Of a stretch of DNA of 54,718 nucleotides, positions 48,131 to 54,718 are shown piece by piece. Source of the stretch: Candidatus Latescibacterota bacterium (GTDB taxonomy: Bacteria > Latescibacterota > UBA2968 > GCA-2709665). The stretch's first letter is position 1, and each line of letters opens with the position of its first letter. The DNA lies in contig CAXXJS010000007.1 in assembly GCA_963662665.2 (NCBI GenBank), forward strand, positions 1 to 54,718, given 5' to 3'. A program made the position numbers and the translations under genes. The notes beneath the pieces were generated by a model. The model did not search any database and was not told where the DNA came from. It was given only the letters and a program-made list of their open reading frames with translations.

Positions 48131-50269
48131 TCAGCGCCGGTTGGGCCTTCGCGGACCCCGTGAATGACGGGGCGGCGGTTCGACGTACCCGGGAGGCGGC
48201 TCGAACGTCGCCTTGCGACTAAGTCGAATCTTGCCCTGATCGTCGATGGAAATTACCTTGACATCAAGCTTGTCCCCTTCAGACAACACGTCTTCGACCT
48301 TGTTCACCCTGTGGTAATCCAACTCGGAAATGTGACAGAGCCCCTCTTTTCCCGGGAGGATCTCGATAAAGGCGCCGAAGTCCAGTGTACGCTTGACCGT
48401 TCCGCCATACACACGACCCACTTCCGGATCTTCCACGAGTGCCTTGATCATCTCCATGGCTTCTTCCCCGGCCGCGGCATCTACCGAGCTGACGGTAATC
48501 AATCCATCGTCGTCCACAGCAACAGTGGCGCCCGTCTCTTCGATGCTGCGAATAGTCTTGCCGCCCGGACCGATAACCGTGCCGATCTTGGCCGGATCGA
48601 TATAAAGGGAAAGAATGCGCGGCGCGTACGGAGACAACTCCGGCTTCGGGCTGCCGATCGCGTCGTTCATAATGCCAAGTATATGGTCCAGTGCTCCCCG
48701 GGCGCGTCCGAAGGCCTCCTGCATTATCTCAAGACTGATGCCCTTTATCTTGATGTCCAACTGGATCGACGTCAATCCCTCGGCCGTCCCCGCGATCTTC
48801 AGATCCATATCGCCGAGATGGTCTTCAGCGCCCAGAATATCAGTCAGCAGCGCCCAATTGGAGCCGTCCTCCCCCATCACCAGCCCGACACCCGCGCCCG
48901 CAACCGCCGTCTTAATGGGAACTCCTGCATCCATCAGGGCAAGCGATCCGCCGCAAACCGTGGCCATGGATGACGAACTGTTGGATTCCAGGATCTCGGA
49001 AACCACCCGTATTGTATAGGGAAAATGCTTTTCGTTGGGTATAACGGGAATCAGCGCTTTTTCCGCAAGAACGCCGTGTCCGATTTCCCGCCTTCCCGGA
49101 GCCCCGATCCGGCGGGTTTCCCCGACGCTGTACGACGGAAAGTTGTAGTCCAGCATGAAGCTCTTGTAGGACATGCCTTCGAGATCGTCCACCATCCGGG
49201 TATCCAGCTTGCTGCCCAGCGTGGCCACGCATAGGGCCTGGGTCTGTCCCCTTGTAAACACGGACGAGCCGTGTGCACGGGGCAATGACCCGAGTTCAAT
49301 CTCGATCGGCCGCACTTCGTCCAGGGCCCTTCCGTCGATCCGCCGGCCCTCCTCAAGAATCATCCGGCGCATTTCCTCCTTGACAATCGCACCAACCTCC
49401 TCGGCGATCTCGGCGCGCGATTCCGGAAACTCATCTTCCAGGGCCGCCTGTGTATCCTCCTCGATGCCCGCAATGACGTTCGCCCGGTCTTCCTTCTCGG
49501 ACAACCGGTTCGCCTCCCTGATGCGCTTGGCCGCCAGTGCCCTGACGGCTTTATCAAGCGCTTCATTGGGTTCGGTTTCAACGACCTCCCGCTTCGGTTT
49601 GCCGCATCTGGCGACCAGGTCTTCCTGCATTTCCACCAGCCGGACGATGGCGTCCTGACCCGCCCTCAGGGCTCCCAGGACGTCGGCGTCGGGCGCCTCG
49701 TGGCATTCGCCCTCAACGGAGATAATCGATTCCTTGTTACCGGACACGATGATGTTGATGTCGCTCTCGTCCAGTTGTTCATAGGTTGGATTGATCACGT
49801 ACTCACCGTCTATCCGTCCCACCTTCACGGCGCCGATCGGTCCTTCGAACGGGATGTCGGAAACACAAACAGCCGCCGATGCGCCGTTCATCGCCAGCAC
49901 GGCGGGGTCATTTTCTTCATCGTACGATAGAATGGTTACCAGAACCTGCGTTTCCACGTCCCGATTCAGAAACAAGGGTCGAATCTGGTGATCAATCAGC
50001 CGGGCACTCAACTTTTCCGTTGTGGAAGGCGCGCCTTCCCGTTTGAAGAAGTTTCCGGGTATTCTGCCGCTCGCGTAGAACTTTTCCCGATAATCCACCG
50101 TCAGCGGGAAAAAATCCATGGGAGATTCTTTGGTATCCGCCACCGTAGCCACCAACACCACGGTTTCACCATATTGCATCCAGACGGCGCCATGAGCCTG
50201 CCTGGCCACCCGTCCGTAATCAATGGATAATGTCCGTCCTGCCAATTCCAGCTCTAATTTTTCTGCCAT
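48131..50269 (-). CDS. pnp: Polyribonucleotide nucleotidyltransferase
   Basis: FFPLTVDYRE, RREIGHG, DHLGDMD, KH (VIGPGGK) and S1 domains. Confidence 0.97.
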   Translation of the reverse strand: MAEKLELELAGRTLSIDYGRVARQAHGAVWMQYGETVVLVATVADTKESPMDFFPLTVDYREKFYASGRIPGNFFKREGAPSTTEKLSARLIDHQIRPLFLNRDVETQVLVTILSYDEENDPAVLAMNGASAAVCVSDIPFEGPIGAVKVGRIDGEYVINPTYEQLDESDINIIVSGNKESIISVEGECHEAPDADVLGALRAGQDAIVRLVEMQEDLVARCGKPKREVVETEPNEALDKAVRALAAKRIREANRLSEKEDRANVIAGIEEDTQAALEDEFPESRAEIAEEVGAIVKEEMRRMILEEGRRIDGRALDEVRPIEIELGSLPRAHGSSVFTRGQTQALCVATLGSKLDTRMVDDLEGMSYKSFMLDYNFPSYSVGETRRIGAPGRREIGHGVLAEKALIPVIPNEKHFPYTIRVVSEILESNSSSSMATVCGGSLALMDAGVPIKTAVAGAGVGLVMGEDGSNWALLTDILGAEDHLGDMDLKIAGTAEGLTSIQLDIKIKGISLEIMQEAFGRARGALDHILGIMNDAIGSPKPELSPYAPRILSLYIDPAKIGTVIGPGGKTIRSIEETGATVAVDDDGLITVSSVDAAAGEEAMEMIKALVEDPEVGRVYGGTVKRTLDFGAFIEILPGKEGLCHISELDYHRVNKVEDVLSEGDKLDVKVISIDDQGKIRLSRKATFEPPPGYVEPPPRHSRGPRRPNRR

Positions 50270-50344
50270 CCACCCTTTCTCCTCGACAAAAATGAACGTA
50301 CCTCCAGCCAGTTGCCCTTAATTCGCTAAATTCGATACAGGCAT

Positions 50345-50614
50345 TCAGCCACGGATTCCGAGTTTGCCAATCAGCACGCGATATCCCGCGAGATCGCTGC
50401 GCTGCATGTACCGCAGGAAACGCCGGCGCTGCCCAACCAGCTTGAGCAGCCCGCGGCGGGAATGGTGATCTTTCCGGTGCCGCCGGGCGTGTTCGGTCAA
50501 CATTCTGATCCGCTCCGTCAACAACGCGACCTGCACTTCGACGGAACCGGTATCCTGCGCGGCCCGGCCAAATGATTCGACCAATTCGCCCTTCTTTTCC
50601 TTAGCTAAACCCAA
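50345..50614 (-). CDS. rpsO: 30S ribosomal protein S15
   Basis: [31 protein letters not shown]; TTG start after GGAGG. Confidence 0.97.
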   Translation of the reverse strand: MGLAKEKKGELVESFGRAAQDTGSVEVQVALLTERIRMLTEHARRHRKDHHSRRGLLKLVGQRRRFLRYMQRSDLAGYRVLIGKLGIRG

Positions 50615-51561
50615 TGCCTTACCTCCATATGATGAACCGACTCCTGTCCTAAAACGTCCCGGGCACGCTGCCCGTCCTTGTGAATCTGTGAAATGAGCGC
50701 TTCCGAATTCCGAAATCTGCGTTCGTCACGCAGGCGACCCACCAGATCCAGCGAAATCCGGCGACCGTAAAGATCTCCGTCGAAATCCAGCAGGTGGGCT
50801 TCCAGCAGCCTGTTTTTTCCGTTAAACGTAGGTCTTAGCCCGAGGTTGATAACCGCCGCGTACTGTTCCGGCACAAATGCTCTGGCCGCGTACACGCCAT
50901 CCGGCGGCAACAGCTTCATGGAATCGTCCGGCACAATATTGGCGGTTGGATAACCCAGTTGGCGCCCACGGCCGTCGCCCGGCGCCACACGGCCTGAAAC
51001 GGGATACCCGCCTCCCAGCAATTCACGGGCTTCGAGAATTCTCCCCGTTCGGACCAGGTCCCGGAGCCTGCTGCTGCTTACCGGAAGATCCCCCACCATC
51101 ACGGGCGGCACAATCGACACTTCGAAACCGTACCGATCGCCAAGCGCACGCATCGTATCGGGATCGCCGCCGCGGCCCTTACCAAATCCGTGATCGTAAC
51201 CCAGCACCACAACCTTGGCGTTCAGATATTCCACCAGATAAGTGGCTACAAATGCCTCGGGGCTCATCATCTGTACCTGCCGGGTAAACGGGACAACTGC
51301 CAACCTGTCAATCCCTGCATCTTCAAGCCGCCTCCGCTTCTCATTCATCGACGTCAGAACCACCGGCGGGTCGGCAGGATGTATAACTGCCCGCGGATGG
51401 GGATCGAAGGTGACGGCAACGGCGGTACCGGAACGCGCCCGCGCCGCGGCGACAACGGCTTCGATAACGGTCCGATGCCCCCGGTGGACGCCATCGAATG
51501 TGCCTACCGTGACCACCGCGTTGGCTAATTCGAGAGTCTGTTCCAGTGTCCGCGTCTGCAT
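50605..51561 (-). CDS. ribF: Bifunctional riboflavin kinase / FAD synthetase
   Basis: [38 protein letters not shown]; ATG at 51561 just after the truB stop. Confidence 0.95.
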   Translation of the reverse strand: MQTRTLEQTLELANAVVTVGTFDGVHRGHRTVIEAVVAAARARSGTAVAVTFDPHPRAVIHPADPPVVLTSMNEKRRRLEDAGIDRLAVVPFTRQVQMMSPEAFVATYLVEYLNAKVVVLGYDHGFGKGRGGDPDTMRALGDRYGFEVSIVPPVMVGDLPVSSSRLRDLVRTGRILEARELLGGGYPVSGRVAPGDGRGRQLGYPTANIVPDDSMKLLPPDGVYAARAFVPEQYAAVINLGLRPTFNGKNRLLEAHLLDFDGDLYGRRISLDLVGRLRDERRFRNSEALISQIHKDGQRARDVLGQESVHHMEVRHWV

Positions 51562-51566
51562 CCGGT

Positions 51567-52487
51567 TCAACCTTTTGGCTGGCAAAGCACACGCACGGGC
51601 TTCAAGATGCCGTCGTCGGCCCTCCAACGCCCGATTCCAAGCAATACCCCCTCGGGATGAAGCGCCCTTACGAGCCGGCCTGACTCCAGCGCGTCTGTGT
51701 CCTCTACATCGGCAACCGCATTGCCGTGAATAAAAAAACCTGCCTGAGCGGCGTTCAGGTTCAGACGGGGCAGGTCGCGCAACAACCGGTTGGGATCCAT
51801 CAGATACGGCTGGAGTTCCTCGACCGACCCGATCGATTCGAGGCGCGGGAGGGTCACGCACTCATCGACGCGAACCGGGCCGGCAGCCGTGCGCCTGAGC
51901 CCGGCAAGATACGCGCCACAACCCAGTTCCCGGCCGATATCGTCGGCCAGGGTGCGGATATAAGTGCCCTTTGAACATGAGACCGTCAGGTGCAATTCGG
52001 GAGGACTGAATTCTTCAATATCGATTCTGGAAATGCGCACGGTGGACGGCCGCCGGTAGACTTCCGTGCCCTCCCGCGCCAATCGGTACAGCCGCCTGCC
52101 GCCCACGCTTCGGGCCGAAAACATCGGCGGAATCTGTTCAATTTCCCCAATAAAAGAAGCCACCGCGCGACGCACAACCGCCGCCTCGGTGGGTACGCGG
52201 TCGGACCTGGCCACAACTTCACCTTCCGCGTCGAGGGTACTTGTGCGGATACCAAGCCGGACGCGTGCGGAATACGTCTTATCGTGGTTCGCAAAATAGG
52301 AGCTGAGTCGGGTTGTCCGGCCAAGGCACAATACCAGAACGCCGGTCGCGAGCGGGTCCAGAGTGCCCGTATGCCCCACCTTCCGAACGTTCAGTCTTCG
52401 TCGAACGCGGTCTATCACGTCGTGAGACGTCAGTCCCGGAGGCTTGTCGATGGGCAACACGCCAGTGACGTTGATCCTAACCTCCAT
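51567..52487 (-). CDS. truB: tRNA pseudouridine(55) synthase
   Basis: DKPPGLTSHD, GHTGTLDPLATG, CSKGTYIRTL. Confidence 0.96.
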   Translation of the reverse strand: MEVRINVTGVLPIDKPPGLTSHDVIDRVRRRLNVRKVGHTGTLDPLATGVLVLCLGRTTRLSSYFANHDKTYSARVRLGIRTSTLDAEGEVVARSDRVPTEAAVVRRAVASFIGEIEQIPPMFSARSVGGRRLYRLAREGTEVYRRPSTVRISRIDIEEFSPPELHLTVSCSKGTYIRTLADDIGRELGCGAYLAGLRRTAAGPVRVDECVTLPRLESIGSVEELQPYLMDPNRLLRDLPRLNLNAAQAGFFIHGNAVADVEDTDALESGRLVRALHPEGVLLGIGRWRADDGILKPVRVLCQPKG

Positions 52488-52488
52488 T

Positions 52489-52827
52489 CTACGGCTTCAA
52501 GTCATCCAGCAGCCTGTCGATTCTGCTGGCGCGTTCCAACGTCTGATCCTGTTCAAACTCCAATTCAGGCACGTGTCGGAGCCTGATCCTCCTGCCAAGT
52601 TCCTTGCGGAGAAACGGCATCGCCCGCTGGAGCGTCTTCAGGCTCGTTTCGCGAATCTGCGCGTCTCCCATCACGCTGACGAATACACGCGCGAATTTCA
52701 GATCCCTTGTTACCTGCACCTCCGTGACGGTGACATAGCCCAGACGAGGGTCCTTTACGTGTCTGTGGATCAAGTCACTCAGCTCTTCCTGAATCTGCCG
52801 CCCTACGCTTTCGGCGCGCCACATCAC
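52489..52827 (-). CDS. rbfA: Ribosome-binding factor A
   Basis: KDPRLG.VTVTEV..TRDL..ARVF, LRHVPELEF. Confidence 0.95.
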   Translation of the reverse strand: MMWRAESVGRQIQEELSDLIHRHVKDPRLGYVTVTEVQVTRDLKFARVFVSVMGDAQIRETSLKTLQRAMPFLRKELGRRIRLRHVPELEFEQDQTLERASRIDRLLDDLKP

Positions 52828-53105
52828 ATCATTTCCAGAGAATAGTCAATGAGCTCCACGCGATGGTCCCGTTGCACCATGTCCGTGACCTTGGAAAGCA
52901 CGCGATTGACGTAACGCGACTCGTTCGCCACGATCGCCACCCCGACCTCCGCCTTCTGCCAGAGCTCGTTATGGCCAACCTCCGAAACGGATACGTTGTA
53001 TTTCGCCCGGATCCGTTCCCGAAGACTCTCCAGAATGCGGCGCTTCCCCTTTAACGAACCACTTTCCGGCAGATACAACACCATGCGGCACAGGCCAACA
53101 GTCAT
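52824..53105 (-). CDS. DUF503 (YlxP-like) protein
   Basis: SLKGKR, YNVSVSEV, LWQ motifs; conserved position between infB and rbfA. Confidence 0.9.
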   Translation of the reverse strand: MTVGLCRMVLYLPESGSLKGKRRILESLRERIRAKYNVSVSEVGHNELWQKAEVGVAIVANESRYVNRVLSKVTDMVQRDHRVELIDYSLEMM

Positions 53106-53113
53106 AAGTTAAG

Positions 53114-54718
53114 TTAGAGCGTCCGCGCGGTTTCGACCTGTTCGTAGGCCTCGATCACGTCGCCCAGCTTGGTATCGTTGAAGTCCTCCAGACCGATACC
53201 GCATTCAAATCCGGACTGAACCTCCCTCACGTCGTCCTTGAACCTTCGCAGGGACCCGATCCGGCCCTCGTAGACCACAACATTGTCTCGCAGCACACGT
53301 ACCATGGCGCTGCGTGTCAATCTACCGTTGGAGATGAAACAGCCGGCGATGATTCCGACCCGCGGCACCTGGAACGTCTCCCGTACCTCGGCCGATCCTA
53401 CGATCTGTTCATCGATGTCCGGCGTGAGCAATCCGGAAAGCGCCGCCTTGACGTCCTCAACGGCTTCGTAGATTACCCGATAGGAGCGAACGTCCACCCG
53501 CTCCTGAGCAACGACTTCACGTGCACGGATATCCGGACGCACGTTGAAGCCAATAATGATGGCATCGGAGGCGGAGGCGAGCAGAACATCGGACTCCGAT
53601 ACCGCGCCTACCCCGCGGTGGATCACGTTGATCCGGACCTCGTCGCTGGGGATCTGCATCAGGGAATCGTGAAGTGCTTCCACGGAACCGTCCACGTCGC
53701 CCTTGAGAATCAGGCGCAACTCCTGAACCTGTCCGGCCTTGATCTGATCGTGAATGTCAACCAGGCTCACCCTGCGGATCCGGTGGGCCTCCCGCTCGCG
53801 GCGCAACTGTTGTCTCTTCTGACTGATTTCTCGGGCGGTGCGTTCGTTTTCGACAGAGTAAAAGGAATCTCCGGCCTGAGGCAGTCCCGACAGGCCAAGC
53901 ACCTGAACCGGCACCGAAGGTCCCGCTTCCGAAACCCGGTGTCCCCGCTCGTCCAGAAGGGCCCGCGCCCTGCCGCTATAGAGCCCCGTGACAAAGGTAT
54001 CGCCGACCTTGAGCGTCCCCTCCTGCACAAGCACGGTCGCCACGTTTCCGCGCCCACGATCCAAACGCGCCTCCACAATAGCGCCTTTGGCGCGTTTGTC
54101 GGGGTTGGCCTTCAGTTCAAGAAGATCCGTTTCCAGGGCCAGCAGCTCCAGAAGATCGTTGATATTCTCACCGGTCTTTGCGGAGATCTCACAGGACTGA
54201 ACTTTGCCACCGAAATCTTCAAGAATGACATTATGTTCGGTCAGCTGCCGCTTTATGCGGTCCACGTCCGCGCCGGGAAGGTCTATTTTATTGATAGCGA
54301 GTACGATCGGTACTTCCGCTGCACGGGCATGGTCGATGGCCTCAACGGTCTGAGGCATCACATTGTCGTCGGCCGCCACTATGAGGGCGACCACGTCCGT
54401 CACCTGGGCGCCCCTCGCACGCATTGCAGTGAAGGCTTCGTGGCCGGGCGTATCGAGGAAGGTCACCATCCGGCCATTTTCGAGTTCTACGTGATAAGCG
54501 CCGATGTGCTGGGTTATGCCCCCGGCCTCTCCCGCCACCACGTTGGTATTGCGGACATAATCCAGAAGGGATGTTTTTCCGTGGTCTACGTGGCCCATAA
54601 TGGTCACCACTGGCGGGCGCGGCTCGACGTCTTCCTCCACGTCTTCGTCTTCCTTCTCAAGCACGTCTTCCGCAAATTCCTGGAGTTCTTCAACGCCAAC
54701 TCCGAACTCGTCGGCAAC
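53114..54718 (-). CDS. infB: Translation initiation factor IF-2 (5' end outside the window)
   Basis: [37 protein letters not shown]; frame stays open to the window edge. Confidence 0.97.
   Translation of the reverse strand, partial: VADEFGVGVEELQEFAEDVLEKEDEDVEEDVEPRPPVVTIMGHVDHGKTSLLDYVRNTNVVAGEAGGITQHIGAYHVELENGRMVTFLDTPGHEAFTAMRARGAQVTDVVALIVAADDNVMPQTVEAIDHARAAEVPIVLAINKIDLPGADVDRIKRQLTEHNVILEDFGGKVQSCEISAKTGENINDLLELLALETDLLELKANPDKRAKGAIVEARLDRGRGNVATVLVQEGTLKVGDTFVTGLYSGRARALLDERGHRVSEAGPSVPVQVLGLSGLPQAGDSFYSVENERTAREISQKRQQLRREREAHRIRRVSLVDIHDQIKAGQVQELRLILKGDVDGSVEALHDSLMQIPSDEVRINVIHRGVGAVSESDVLLASASDAIIIGFNVRPDIRAREVVAQERVDVRSYRVIYEAVEDVKAALSGLLTPDIDEQIVGSAEVRETFQVPRVGIIAGCFISNGRLTRSAMVRVLRDNVVVYEGRIGSLRRFKDDVREVQSGFECGIGLEDFNDTKLGDVIEAYEQVETARTL

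Noticed and set aside
51562-51861. 100-aa N-terminal extension of RibF
   Set aside because: Overlaps truB in another frame; ATG 51561 just after the truB stop gives a normal-length RibF
1-54718. CRISPR arrays, tRNA, rRNA, prophage genes
   Set aside because: No regularly spaced repeats, cloverleaf or rRNA signatures, or phage hallmark proteins were seen; short RNAs could be missed by eye

Overview
High-GC bacterial chromosomal window, probably spanning the replication terminus: there is a dif-like XerC/D site at 41905-41932 and most genes converge on it. Left arm, mostly + strand: (1) 0.26-5.8 kb, an NAD-linked selenocysteine formate dehydrogenase locus (NuoE-NuoF fusion, Sec-FdhA with in-frame TGA and SECIS hairpin, FdhD, FmdB). 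(2) 5.9-17.6 kb, a methyl/formyl C1 catabolic cluster: homocysteine-methyltransferase::SAM-methyltransferase fusion split by a 1-bp frameshift, two SDRs, a dimethylformamidase large-subunit homologue, BHMT, a ThDP enzyme, a sarcosine-oxidase-beta-like flavoprotein and a tandem-Rid protein. (3) 17.7-32.0 kb, an unusual six-gene ABC/RND hybrid transporter operon, including an RND permease fused to an ABC ATPase and an ABC permease fused to a zinc-motif-less M1-peptidase-like domain. (4) A CdaA-CdaR fusion, a YfgM-like TPR protein and a heparinase II/III-like::beta-propeller protein. (5) A low-GC island at about 37.9-41.9 kb, bracketed by dif and a degenerate dif-like copy, carrying a DUF2971-like gene interrupted by an IS256-family element. 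Right arm: an HTH/coiled-coil gene, gcvT, and housekeeping genes leuS, asnS, pnp, rpsO, ribF, truB, rbfA, DUF503 and partial infB. Several MITE-like elements are present. No tRNA, rRNA or CRISPR array was seen. All family calls come from motif recognition by eye; no database searches were run.
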